Counted from the stretch's first letter, positions 32,067 to 42,977 are shown. The stretch: 64,000 nucleotides of DNA from Armatimonadota bacterium (GCA_037444405.1 JBBIML010000011.1:4643-68642); one strand, 5' to 3'. Notes: a model not told the origin generated them from the letters alone. Translations and numbers: made by a program.

Positions 32067-34228
32067 GAGTTATCGGGCGTACTGGATGGATGGTTGGCTT
32101 GCTGATTCTGGCGTTGCCGCCCTGCTGGAGCCAGTCGGTGAAAGCGGTCAAAGCCTTCGAGCAGGGCGGTCAGGCAGTTGTGCAGGTGATCGGTGAGCGA
32201 TTGCCGCGTCCTGGCGTCTCCGTCTGGCGCGGGCGCTATCTCACGCTCGATTTTCGGGCGCGGCTCGCCACACGCCGTCAGGAGACCCGCTTCATCACGC
32301 CCGTCACCACCTATCTGCGCTACGGTTGGTTCAGCAGCAATCCGCCACGCGTGCGGGTGGTCATTACCATGCGCGGCACGAAGCCCTATCAGCTTGAAGC
32401 GATTGAGGGCGGCTGGCAGGTTCGAATTGGCGTCGCGTCATCCCCCTCATCGGACGCTGGCGAGCGCACCGCGATCGGCTTGCCCCAGCAAGAGCCGAAG
32501 ACCGCTGAACCCCAGCCTGCCTCGCAGAAAGGGAGCCGGTCGACTCAGCCAGTAAAAGAGGAGGGCTGGCAGATTGCGCAGCGCACGGATACGAGCCTCC
32601 CGCGCCCGCCACGCCCGTCCGATGTGCAACCGCGCCAGAGCCAGCAGGTGGCAAGCAAACCGGCTGGCGCCGCGCCACCGCCTGAGCCAACCATCTCGCT
32701 CGACTTCGTGGGCGCCGAAATCGGCGATGTGCTGAAAGCGCTCGCCATCCAGTCGGGCGCGAACATCGTCACCGCGCCCGATGTGAAGGGCACCATCACC
32801 ATCAGCCTCAACCGCGTAACGGTCGAAGAGGCGCTCAACCTCATCACGCGCCTCAGCGGCTACCGCTACGAGCGCATCGCGAACACCTATGTGGTCGGCA
32901 CGCCCAAATCGATTGAGGCGTTTAAGGGCAGCGAGCCGAAACCAGAGCCGCCGCGCACCGCCGAACTGCTGACGCTGAAGCAGGCGAACGCGACAGCCGT
33001 CGCCACTTTCTTGAGCGCGCGCTATCCGAACCTCAAAGTGACTCTGCCCGGCGAGAAGAATGCGAACTACCTGATTGTGGAGGGCGAGGCGAGCGTGGTG
33101 AACGAGGCGAAAGCGGCGGTCGCTCGCTTCGAGGAGGCAACCGCTCAGGGCGAGGAGATTATCACGGAGGTCTATCGCGTGCGGTTCGCCGACGCGCGCG
33201 ACTTGATGCGCATTCTGAACCAGCTGGTGCCCACCGTGAGCGTGTCGCTGGGACCGGGCGCGATGCTGAGCGCCGCGCGCACGGGCAGCGGCGCGAGCAG
33301 CACGGCCATGAGCGCCGGCGATATGCCAAACGCGGCTGCCCAGCAGATGGGCGCCGCGATGCCCGCCGCCTCAGGCGCCAGCGCCAGCACGGGCGACCAG
33401 CCACCCAACCTGCTGGTGCTGATGGGCGCCTCCCGCGATGTGCAACGCGCCCTCGATGTGCTGCAGAAGGTGGATGTCAAACAGCCACAAGTTCTGATCG
33501 AAACGCGCGTGATGGATATCTCCGAAGCCAGCCTGCGCTCGCTGGGGCTGTCATGGAGCATCTTCCAGTCCAGCAGCATCCAGACGCTGGATCGCACGCA
33601 GCAGCCGCCGTTCCCTGCTGGCACCACCGTGACACCGAACCAGCAGGGCATCCGCTTCAACAAAGATGGGCAGCTCGGCATCGACATCATGGTGCTGAAG
33701 CAGCCCACCGATGTGACAGCGACTCTGAACGCGTTGGCGCAGGATCAGCGCAACCGCCTGCTGGCAAACCCGCGAATCGCCACACTCGATGGGCGACCTG
33801 CCCGAATCTTCATCGGCGACGAAATCAACTATGTCAAGCTCATTCAGCAGACCCAGCAGGGCGCGAATGTGCAGACCGATTCGGTGCAGGCAGGCATCAT
33901 TCTGGAGGTGCTGCCGCGCGTGCATGAGGACGGCTCCATCACGCTGCAGATTAAGCCGGAAGTGAGCGTGATTACAGGCTTCCTGCAGGTGCCCGGCGGC
34001 GGTTCGCTGCCCCAGCTGGCGCGACGCAACGCCGAGACCACCATCCGCCTCAATAATGGCGAAACGCTCGTGATTGGCGGGTTGATTCGGGAGAGTGACA
34101 TCAAAACCATCCAGAAGGTGCCCCTGCTGGGCGATCTGCCTTTCTTTGGCTACCTGTTCCGCAAGACGAACACCCAGCGCGACCGCTCGGAGATTGTGAT
34201 CACGCTCACCGTGCGTGTGCTGGAATGA
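32063..34228 (+). CDS. pilQ: Type IV pilus secretin PilQ
   Basis: ATG 32063 (ATGA overlap) gives a signal peptide MRVIGRTGWMVGLLILALP. An AMIN-like N-terminus, secretin-N repeats and a secretin core (VPLLGDLPFFGYLFR) follow. The track ORF start at 31511 is only a frame extension. Confidence 0.9.
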   Translation: MRVIGRTGWMVGLLILALPPCWSQSVKAVKAFEQGGQAVVQVIGERLPRPGVSVWRGRYLTLDFRARLATRRQETRFITPVTTYLRYGWFSSNPPRVRVVITMRGTKPYQLEAIEGGWQVRIGVASSPSSDAGERTAIGLPQQEPKTAEPQPASQKGSRSTQPVKEEGWQIAQRTDTSLPRPPRPSDVQPRQSQQVASKPAGAAPPPEPTISLDFVGAEIGDVLKALAIQSGANIVTAPDVKGTITISLNRVTVEEALNLITRLSGYRYERIANTYVVGTPKSIEAFKGSEPKPEPPRTAELLTLKQANATAVATFLSARYPNLKVTLPGEKNANYLIVEGEASVVNEAKAAVARFEEATAQGEEIITEVYRVRFADARDLMRILNQLVPTVSVSLGPGAMLSAARTGSGASSTAMSAGDMPNAAAQQMGAAMPAASGASASTGDQPPNLLVLMGASRDVQRALDVLQKVDVKQPQVLIETRVMDISEASLRSLGLSWSIFQSSSIQTLDRTQQPPFPAGTTVTPNQQGIRFNKDGQLGIDIMVLKQPTDVTATLNALAQDQRNRLLANPRIATLDGRPARIFIGDEINYVKLIQQTQQGANVQTDSVQAGIILEVLPRVHEDGSITLQIKPEVSVITGFLQVPGGGSLPQLARRNAETTIRLNNGETLVIGGLIRESDIKTIQKVPLLGDLPFFGYLFRKTNTQRDRSEIVITLTVRVLE

Positions 34229-35931
34229 ATATTGGCGAGCTGTTTGTGCAGGCAGGTCTGGTCAGCCATGAGCAGCTGCAGGATGCCCTGCTGAAGCAAC
34301 AGGAGGGCATCCCACTACCGCTGGATCGGCTGCTGGTTCAGCTGGGCTACATCACCGAAAAAGACCGCGTGCGTATCCTGGGTCAGCACTGGGGCATCCC
34401 CTTTATCGATCTGGTAGAAACACCGCCAGACCCCAGGTTGAGTTCAGTGATTCCTGCTGATATGGCGAAGCGCTATCGCGCTGTGCCTGTGATGCAACAG
34501 AACGGCAAGCTCACCGTTGCCCTTGCGGACCCGCTCGATATCTTCGCCATCGACGAGATTCGCCAGCACACCAAACTGGAAATCGAAGCCGTTATCGCCA
34601 CCGAGGACGACATCCAGAACGCTCTGCGCCAGCTCTATCGGGTGAGCGCTGCTGTCTCCGAGACGGTGCAGGAGCTGATGCGCGATATGGGCGAGGCGCA
34701 GATTCAGACTCTTGCGAGTGAAGAGGAGGACCTCTCAGCGGAGGAGCTGCGCGAAATCGCTGACGATGCGCCCGTCGTGCGCCTCGCCAACATGATTATC
34801 ACGCAAGCCATCAACGACGGCGCCAGCGATATTCACATCGAACCCGCGCGCGATTGCGTGAAGGTGCGCTACCGCATCGATGGCGTAATGATCGATTCGC
34901 TGGTGCTGCCCAAGCGCGTGCAGGCGTCGCTCACCTCCCGCTTCAAGATCATGGCGGATATGGACATCGCCGAGAAGCGTGTTCCCCAGGATAACCGCAT
35001 CAGCGCAACGATTGATGGACGCGAGTATGATTTCCGTGTTTCAACCCTGCCATGCATCTACGGCGAGAAGATTGTGATGCGCGTGCTGGACAAGTCGAGC
35101 GTGCGCGTCGGGCTGGACAAGCTCGGCTTTTTGCCCGACACCCTCGCCAAACTTGAAGAGGTGATCAGCCGCTCCTACGGCATTATTCTGGTGACGGGTC
35201 CGACAGGTTCGGGCAAGTCCACCACGCTCTACTCGATTCTGTCGCGCCTGAACACGGGGCTGGTCAACATTATCACCGCGGAAGACCCTGTGGAGTATGA
35301 GTTGCCGGGCATCAATCAGGTGCAGGTGAACCCGAAGGCGGGGCTGACTTTCGCATCAGCGTTGCGGGCGATGCTGCGCCAGGACCCCGACATCATCATG
35401 GTGGGCGAGATGCGCGACACCGAGACCGCCACAATCGCGGTTGAAGCTGCGCTCACGGGGCATCTGGTGCTGTCCACGCTGCACACCAACGATGCGTCCA
35501 GCGCGCCGCCGCGCCTGATCGAGATGGGCGTGGAGCCGTTTATGATTGCTTCGTCGCTGATTGCGGTGCTGGCGCAGCGACTGGTGCGCACGCTCTGCCC
35601 GCGCTGTAAGCAGCCCTATCATCCCACTGAGTCGGACTTCCTGCGCTACGGCTTTACTCCCCCCGACAATCTGCATGCTATCGAAATCTTCCGCGCTAAA
35701 GGTTGCGACTATTGTAAGCAGACGGGCTACAAGGGGCGTACAGGCATCCACGAGCTGCTGGTCATCAACGACGCCATTCGCGACCTGATTTTGCAACATG
35801 CCGCGGCGTATGCCATCCAGAAAGTGGCGGTCGAACATGGGCTGCGCCTGCTCAAAGAGGACGCCCTGCAGAAGGTGCTGCTCGGACGCACCAGCATCGA
35901 GGAGGTTGTGCGCGTGATCTACAGCGGTTAA
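34225..35931 (+). CDS. pilB: Type IV pilus assembly ATPase PilB (GspE family)
   Basis: T2SSE N-domain, GPTGSGKSTTLYS, the tetracysteine CPRC...CDYC, and EDPVEY are present. Confidence 0.95.
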   Translation: MNIGELFVQAGLVSHEQLQDALLKQQEGIPLPLDRLLVQLGYITEKDRVRILGQHWGIPFIDLVETPPDPRLSSVIPADMAKRYRAVPVMQQNGKLTVALADPLDIFAIDEIRQHTKLEIEAVIATEDDIQNALRQLYRVSAAVSETVQELMRDMGEAQIQTLASEEEDLSAEELREIADDAPVVRLANMIITQAINDGASDIHIEPARDCVKVRYRIDGVMIDSLVLPKRVQASLTSRFKIMADMDIAEKRVPQDNRISATIDGREYDFRVSTLPCIYGEKIVMRVLDKSSVRVGLDKLGFLPDTLAKLEEVISRSYGIILVTGPTGSGKSTTLYSILSRLNTGLVNIITAEDPVEYELPGINQVQVNPKAGLTFASALRAMLRQDPDIIMVGEMRDTETATIAVEAALTGHLVLSTLHTNDASSAPPRLIEMGVEPFMIASSLIAVLAQRLVRTLCPRCKQPYHPTESDFLRYGFTPPDNLHAIEIFRAKGCDYCKQTGYKGRTGIHELLVINDAIRDLILQHAAAYAIQKVAVEHGLRLLKEDALQKVLLGRTSIEEVVRVIYSG

Positions 35932-35962
35932 AGGCAGGCTGGGCATAACGGAGGGACAGAGC

Positions 35963-36817
35963 ATGTCAACCCAAACGCAGGCGATTATCGAGAAAATCAA
36001 GGAGTTGGCGGTGCTGCCGCAGGTGGTCTATCAGGTGCTGGATTTGACCAACGACCCGAACGCGACCGCCCGCGATCTGGAGCGGGTCATCAGCATCGAT
36101 CAGGGCATGTCGGCGCGGGTGCTGAACACGGTCAACTCCGCCTATTACGGCTTGCCCCGCAAAATCGCCTCCATCAAAGATGCCGTGGTGCTGTTAGGCT
36201 TCAAGACCATTCGCAATCTGGCGATGACCGCCAGCGTGTTCGATCTGTTTGTCGGCAAGATTGATCGGCAGAATCTGCGGCGGGGCAAGTGGTGGCGGCA
36301 TTCACTTGACACTGCGCTCTGCTGCCGCCTGATTGCCAGCCAGCTGCCCGGCTGCTCGCCTGACGAAGCGTACACGGCGGGCTTGCTCCACGATATTGGC
36401 AAGCCGCTGCTGGATCGGTACGGGCAGTCGCCGTATGAGGAGGTGGAGTCGCTGATGGAGCTGGGTGTGCCCGAGCTGCAGGCGGAGCGTGAGGTGTTCG
36501 GCTGCGACCATGCGGAGCTGGGGCGCGAGGTGAGCCTGCACTGGGGCTTCCCGGAGAAGCTGGCAGAGGCGATTGGCGCGCACCACGCCGAGAGCGTGTT
36601 CGGGCTGAATGAGCCGACGCTCACCGCGCTCACCGCGCTGGGCAACTATATCGCCCACTGGCTGCGCATGCCTGACCATTCGGAAGACAATTTCCTGTTT
36701 TCCATCCCGCAGTGGATTTACGAGGTGCTGAATCTGCAGCCGACGAATCTGCGCCCACTCAAGCTCGCCTGCGAGGCGGAACTCCACGCCTCGCCGTTGC
36801 ACACGCTCGCCCGCTAA
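35963..36817 (+). CDS. HDOD-domain signalling protein
   Basis: LPQVVYQVLDLTNDPNATARDLERVISIDQGMSARVLNTVNSAYYGLPRKI...LLHDIGK matches the HDOD pattern. Confidence 0.85.
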   Translation: MSTQTQAIIEKIKELAVLPQVVYQVLDLTNDPNATARDLERVISIDQGMSARVLNTVNSAYYGLPRKIASIKDAVVLLGFKTIRNLAMTASVFDLFVGKIDRQNLRRGKWWRHSLDTALCCRLIASQLPGCSPDEAYTAGLLHDIGKPLLDRYGQSPYEEVESLMELGVPELQAEREVFGCDHAELGREVSLHWGFPEKLAEAIGAHHAESVFGLNEPTLTALTALGNYIAHWLRMPDHSEDNFLFSIPQWIYEVLNLQPTNLRPLKLACEAELHASPLHTLAR

Positions 36818-36825
36818 AGGCTAAC

Positions 36826-37689
36826 TTATGTTTCACGGGGAATGAGCGCGATACCCACGCTCCCTTCATGCGCCAGCTGCCGAACGGGAGGTGCAATCCA
36901 TCTACCCATCACGACGGGCATAGCGCGTTTGCCCATCTTTTCGAGAATGTGCGCCCGCCGTATCGCGTGCTCCACATCGCCCTTGCCGATGCCCCATGAG
37001 GCTTCCACCACCAGATACAGCTCCTGCTGATCCACACGGCTGCGCCCGCGCAGCACAAAGTCCGCCCGATGGAGTTCGTCCCACTCGTCTTCCGTGATCA
37101 GACCCGCGTCGAATGCCGGCTCCAGCAGGTCATCCAGCTCCTCATGGGAGAGCAGGCGGCAGCGTCGCACGAATCGGCTCAGATACGCCGGCGCGTGCCG
37201 ACAGATTTTCCACTCCACATGCATCCCTTTGAGCGGCGCCAGGTCCTGCTCAATCTGGTCCAGATGCTGATCATGCCGCTGCAACAGCATCGTGTGTGTC
37301 TGCAGAATCGTTGCCTGTTCCTGCAGAGCCGCCGTGTGTTCCCGCAGGATTGCTGCATGTTCCTGCAGGATTTGTTCATGATGCCTCTGCATCTCTAAAA
37401 TTTGCTGAGCCAGCTGTTCGAGGCGTTCCAGTCGCTCTTCATGCCGCTGGTGTAGCCTCGCATGCTCCTGCAGAATCTGCTCGTGGCGCAGCTGCACCTC
37501 CAGAATCTGCTGCAAGAGCTGCTCGTGGCGATCGACGCGCGTAACTAGCTGCTGTGCCAGCTGCGCCACCAGTTCGGGCAGGCGCAACAGTTCGTCGGTC
37601 AGCAGCAGTCGGCGCAGCTCTGCCCGCCACTCTGGACGCTTTTCCAGCAGTTGAATCAGTTCCCGAAAATCGAGCTCATCGAACGGCAT
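36826..37689 (-). CDS. Coiled-coil repeat protein with C-terminal PD-(D/E)XK-like module (hypothetical)
   Basis: Repeated HEQILQEH/LQRH heptad-like blocks precede ADFVLRGR...LYLVVEASWGIGKGDVEHAIRRAHIL, which resembles the nuclease-fold tail seen in multi-copy hypothetical proteins of thermophiles. Confidence 0.5.
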   Translation of the reverse strand: MPFDELDFRELIQLLEKRPEWRAELRRLLLTDELLRLPELVAQLAQQLVTRVDRHEQLLQQILEVQLRHEQILQEHARLHQRHEERLERLEQLAQQILEMQRHHEQILQEHAAILREHTAALQEQATILQTHTMLLQRHDQHLDQIEQDLAPLKGMHVEWKICRHAPAYLSRFVRRCRLLSHEELDDLLEPAFDAGLITEDEWDELHRADFVLRGRSRVDQQELYLVVEASWGIGKGDVEHAIRRAHILEKMGKRAMPVVMGRWIAPPVRQLAHEGSVGIALIPRET

Positions 37690-37715
37690 CGGCTATCCCA
37701 GCAGGGATTATACCA

Positions 37716-40526
37716 TTAAAACTGGAAATTCAGGTTGGCGTCCAGTGAGCGGGCGCGGTAGCTGTACTGGCGGTACTGTGGGTCGAGGTTCAATTGCTCG
37801 CGGAAGCGATAGCTCAATACAAACGAGAGATTGCGCGCGATTCGGTACTCGTAGCCGAAGTTGAACAGCGTATCGCGCGACGCCAGATAGCCGCGCAGGT
37901 CGGTGCGCTGCCACTCGGCGAACAGGCTCTGATTCTTGCCAATCGCGTAGCTGGCGCGGAACGCCAGCCCGACAGGTTGCTGGGTGAACGCGCCGGGCGT
38001 GCTGCCGAACCCCTCACCCAGCACGCTGCGCGTGGTCATCTGATAAAAGCTCAGGTTGAAGGTCCATCGGTTCAGCGGTCCGATTTCCGCCGTGAGCGAG
38101 AGGTATTCATTATTCGAGCTGCCCGTCGCGGTGAGAAACCGCACATCCTGTCGTGACCAGTTCGCGTTCAATGAGAGCCACTCGAACGGCAGGTAGCTGA
38201 TGCCCACATTGAGCGCGCGCTGTTCGCTGTTGGTCTGAAAGTCGCCGGCGGAGCGCTGGATGCTTGCCTGCACATCGACGGAGACGGTATCGAGGGGCGT
38301 CCAGCGGATGCTCAGGTCGTGCCCTTTGCCGCGCACGCCGAAGTAGGTGTAGCCGCTGTAGAAGGGTGCGCCTGACGAGAAGCCGTTGCCGTTGTAGCCG
38401 ACGCCCCACGGGTTCTGGAAGCCGTTCCCGAACGGCGGCTGGAAGCCGCCCGTCTGACGCGAGCGCCCGATAAAATCGCTGCCCAGTCGCCCCGAATCGA
38501 GGTCGCTCCAGCGGTAGCTGACCTCCAGCCGATCGGATGGTCGCCAGGAGGCGCTCAGGCTGAAATCGCGTGCCCGTGAAGCTGAGCCAGACTGATTGAC
38601 ATTGCTAACAGCGGCGGTGCCCTGCAGGCTCAAGCGCGGGTTGACCGTCCAGTCCACTCGTGCCCGCAGGCTCTGAATCCGATAGGTCTGCAGGGTGGGG
38701 TTGCCCTGCGTGCCCTGAAAGCGTGCGGTCGCCTCCGTGCGGTCATAACCCAGCGAGAAGTTCACGCGCTTCCATGTGCGCCCGATGCTGATGGAATCGA
38801 TGGTCTGCTGATTGTGGCTGCCGGTTGAAGTGGCACGGTTGAGGGTGCGTGTGAGGCTCAGGCTAAAGCCGTTCGCGGGCGCGTGCGACAGGGTGTAGGT
38901 CTGGATATCGGTGTCGGTGAAGCTGGTGCTGAAACCGCCGCTGAGCGGGTTGAGCGACGCGACGCGCGACTGGCTCCAGTTGAGCTGGAACTGGGTCGCA
39001 CTGCCCAGCCGATAGGCGAGGCTGCTGCGGTGCCCCGTCTCGTTGCGGCGGAAGCCTGTCGATTCGATGCCGATAAACTCGGCGGGGATGCGGTAGTAGC
39101 TGCTGTTCAGGTTAAGCCGACCAAAGTTGGACTTTATTTCGCCGATATGGGCGATTCCTTCCAGCGATGTGGTGAGCGCCTGCGCCCGACTGCGAGCCAC
39201 ATTCCATGCGAGACTCCCCACCTTGCCCAGCGGCAGGGTGATGTCCAGCCCCACCACCTCGCGGTCGCCGCCAATCGTGGAACCCGGATCGGGCAGCGGC
39301 GTGTAGGTCACCTGCACAATCAGATTCTGCGGGATGAAGCGCGTGAAGAAGAAGCGATAGGGCAGCACAGGGTCAAAATAGTAGTCTTCCCCTTCGCGCT
39401 GGGGCACGCCTGCCACCAGCACCGTGATGGGATGGGCGCTGTCGCGCAGGGGCGGAAACTCAAGGTCGTAGGGCACACTGGGCGCGCCCCGCCCGTAAAA
39501 CTGCTCCGTCCTTGTGCGTAATCCCAGCCCCCCGCGCACCTTCTGGCTCAGCATGCTGATGCCCAGATTGATGCCCTGGCCCAGACTGGTTTCCAGTCGC
39601 CAGCCCTCCAGTCGGCTCGGACGCGAGTTGAAAGCGTAGGTCTCATAGGTCACCACGATTGTGGAGGTGCGCGGGATAATCATTCCCTCGCGGAACTGTA
39701 GGATGCCCGCATAGTAGTCGATGGTGTAGTCCTCGCCGCGCCGTTTCTCGACGCCATCGACCTGCACGCGCTCGCTACCGTCCACAATCTGGCTGCCCTG
39801 CAGGTAATAGGGGCCGGGGCTGTCGTTGCCCTGGATGGTGATGGTACGCGCGGCGGCTTTGGTCTCGGAGGTGATGTAGCGCATGGAGCTGCGCCCGAAC
39901 TTCGCAGTAGCGATTGCGCCTTTCAGCGTGCGGTTGAACGCCACCAGCTGATTGGAACCGCCCAGAATCGCGTTAATATCGCCCCACTCCAGCGTGAAGT
40001 TCGGCGATTCATAGGTCCAGGTGATGCGGGAGTCGAACGGGTTGCGGAAGCGGCTGTTGCTCCAGCGCCAGTCGAAGCTGAACAGTCCGAACAGCCGATC
40101 GACGCGGATGCTGAGGTCGGTGTAGTCGGTGGTGCGTTGACCGCCCTGGCCGTAGTAGTTCTGGTCGCGGAAGGAGGCGGTGTCGCCCTCCACCTGATGC
40201 AGATGGAAGCCCATCGTTTTGCGCCCGCTGATGGTGACGCGCTCGCGCAGCTCCTGTTCAAAGGCGTCCCATGAGCGCAGGGCGTTCCGAATCGCGTCCA
40301 GCGTGTTGCGCCGTCCAGCACGGGCATGGACAGGTGGCTGATTAGGCGGGCGATTTGGGGGTGGGTTCTCTGGCGGCGCTTTCCAGCCGAAGTAGTCGGC
40401 GACCTCCTTGGGAATGGTGATGACAGGCAGCGGCACCTGCGACCAGCCTGCTGACCAGAGTCCCATCAGCAGGCTCACAAGCCCCGCGCACCCGATAGTG
40501 CTAACCCCTGTCAGATGCCGCCTCAT
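37716..40526 (-). CDS. Large putative outer-membrane beta-barrel protein (unknown family)
   Basis: Signal-like N-terminus, alternating beta-strand-type sequence rich in Y/F/W/G/S/T/N throughout, and a C-terminus ...LDANLNFQF ending in Phe, as in OMP beta-signals. Confidence 0.6.
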   Translation of the reverse strand: MRRHLTGVSTIGCAGLVSLLMGLWSAGWSQVPLPVITIPKEVADYFGWKAPPENPPPNRPPNQPPVHARAGRRNTLDAIRNALRSWDAFEQELRERVTISGRKTMGFHLHQVEGDTASFRDQNYYGQGGQRTTDYTDLSIRVDRLFGLFSFDWRWSNSRFRNPFDSRITWTYESPNFTLEWGDINAILGGSNQLVAFNRTLKGAIATAKFGRSSMRYITSETKAAARTITIQGNDSPGPYYLQGSQIVDGSERVQVDGVEKRRGEDYTIDYYAGILQFREGMIIPRTSTIVVTYETYAFNSRPSRLEGWRLETSLGQGINLGISMLSQKVRGGLGLRTRTEQFYGRGAPSVPYDLEFPPLRDSAHPITVLVAGVPQREGEDYYFDPVLPYRFFFTRFIPQNLIVQVTYTPLPDPGSTIGGDREVVGLDITLPLGKVGSLAWNVARSRAQALTTSLEGIAHIGEIKSNFGRLNLNSSYYRIPAEFIGIESTGFRRNETGHRSSLAYRLGSATQFQLNWSQSRVASLNPLSGGFSTSFTDTDIQTYTLSHAPANGFSLSLTRTLNRATSTGSHNQQTIDSISIGRTWKRVNFSLGYDRTEATARFQGTQGNPTLQTYRIQSLRARVDWTVNPRLSLQGTAAVSNVNQSGSASRARDFSLSASWRPSDRLEVSYRWSDLDSGRLGSDFIGRSRQTGGFQPPFGNGFQNPWGVGYNGNGFSSGAPFYSGYTYFGVRGKGHDLSIRWTPLDTVSVDVQASIQRSAGDFQTNSEQRALNVGISYLPFEWLSLNANWSRQDVRFLTATGSSNNEYLSLTAEIGPLNRWTFNLSFYQMTTRSVLGEGFGSTPGAFTQQPVGLAFRASYAIGKNQSLFAEWQRTDLRGYLASRDTLFNFGYEYRIARNLSFVLSYRFREQLNLDPQYRQYSYRARSLDANLNFQF

Positions 40527-40534
40527 CACCCTCG

Positions 40535-40540
40535 ATTATA
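40535..40540 (-). promoter_or_regulatory. TATAAT -10 box 8 nt upstream of the OMP gene ATG (leaderless or near-leaderless arrangement)
   Basis: The minus strand reads tctaaaaTATAATcgagggtgATGagg. Confidence 0.45.
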
Positions 40541-40590
40541 TTTTAGACGCTCGAACCCCGCTCATGGAATGCCGTTCTGGTGGCTGGCAC

Positions 40591-40629
40591 AAAAAGAGGA
40601 CCGGGTGCGAGGGGGGCAACACCCGGTCC
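40591..40629 (-). terminator. Rho-independent terminator of groEL
   Basis: Stem ggaccgggtg/cacccggtcc (40598-40629), followed on the minus strand by tcttttt (40591-40597). Confidence 0.75.
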
Positions 40630-40655
40630 TTGGGGGTGGGAGGGGAAGGAAAGGC

Positions 40656-42293
<1,638 letters not shown>

Positions 42294-42581
42294 CTATTCG
42301 CGAATAGCGAAGATTTGATCCTCATCCAGAATGAGATACTTCTTGCCGTCATATTCGAACTCGTTGCCCGCATATTTGGAGAAGACCACGCGCTGTCCAA
42401 CCTGCACGCTCATCGGGGCGCGCTCGCCGTTTTTGAGCAGTCGTCCCGGTCCGACGGCGACGACAACCCCCTCTTGCGGACGCTTTTTAGCGGTATCGGG
42501 CAGAATAATACCCGCGCTGGTCTTCTCATCTTCCTCTATCAGCTCCACCACAACCTTGTCACCAAGCGGTTTGAAAGTCAT
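42294..42581 (-). CDS. groES: Co-chaperonin GroES
   Basis: [13 protein letters not shown]...[29 protein letters not shown] lies 6 nt upstream of ATG 42581. Confidence 0.95.
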   Translation of the reverse strand: MTFKPLGDKVVVELIEEDEKTSAGIILPDTAKKRPQEGVVVAVGPGRLLKNGERAPMSVQVGQRVVFSKYAGNEFEYDGKKYLILDEDQIFAIRE

Positions 42582-42646
42582 ACATCTCACCTCCTTCGAA
42601 AGTCTGGAATAAAACGCTCAGGCACGCGGCTTGCGTGTCGCCTTAA

Positions 42647-42677
42647 TATATACCTGATGCGGGATGGGGGTTGTCAA
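42647..42677 (-). promoter_or_regulatory. Candidate groES promoter (TTGACA, 17-19 nt spacer, TATATA)
   Basis: The minus strand reads ccccTTGACAacccccatcccgcatcaggTATATAttaagg. The -35 box is the last part of the inverted-repeat arm. Confidence 0.45.
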
Positions 42678-42887
42678 GGGGTGGGGAGGGTGTTCGAAAA
42701 TTCGGGGCATAATATCGACCTGAGCGAAGCCCCCTCACCCATACCCTCTCCCTCAAAGGGGGAGAGGGGGCTTAGTTTCTCCCTCTCCCCAGCGGGGAGA
42801 GGGTCGGGGTGAGAGGCATCTTTGCCTCTGGGCTGGGAATCCTACTCCCAGATTGGAATTTTCGAACACCCTCTCCCCCCCCTTGAC
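42672..42887. repeat. ~216-bp element bounded by 33-bp imperfect inverted repeats, containing two REP-like hairpins
   Basis: Arm A (comp 42672-42704) is GAATTTTCGAACACCCTCCCCACCCCTTGACA. Arm B (42855-42887) is GAATTTTCGAACACCCTCTCCCCCCCTTGACT. Interior hairpins are at 42744-42768 and 42781-42803. Confidence 0.6.
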
Positions 42888-42911
42888 TTTTCTGTCATCG
42901 ATGTGGTATAA
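42882..42911 (+). promoter_or_regulatory. Candidate nosZ promoter (TTGACT, 18 nt spacer, extended -10 TGgTATAAT)
   Basis: cccTTGACTtttctgtcatcgatgTGgTATAATaaacgg lies 66 nt upstream of the nosZ ATG. A 5'-UTR hairpin gtcattag/ctaatgac sits at 42919-42945. Confidence 0.55.
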
Positions 42912-42977
42912 TAAACGGTGTCATTAGGCTGAGCAGGTCTAATGACCTCATAAATGCGGTCAACGGGAGGAGATACA

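Noticed and set aside
42590-42700. Search for a CIRCE (HrcA) operator upstream of groES
   Set aside because: I saw no TTAGCACTC-N9-GAGTGCTAA-like inverted repeat in the leader or promoter region. Regulation is probably by another mechanism.
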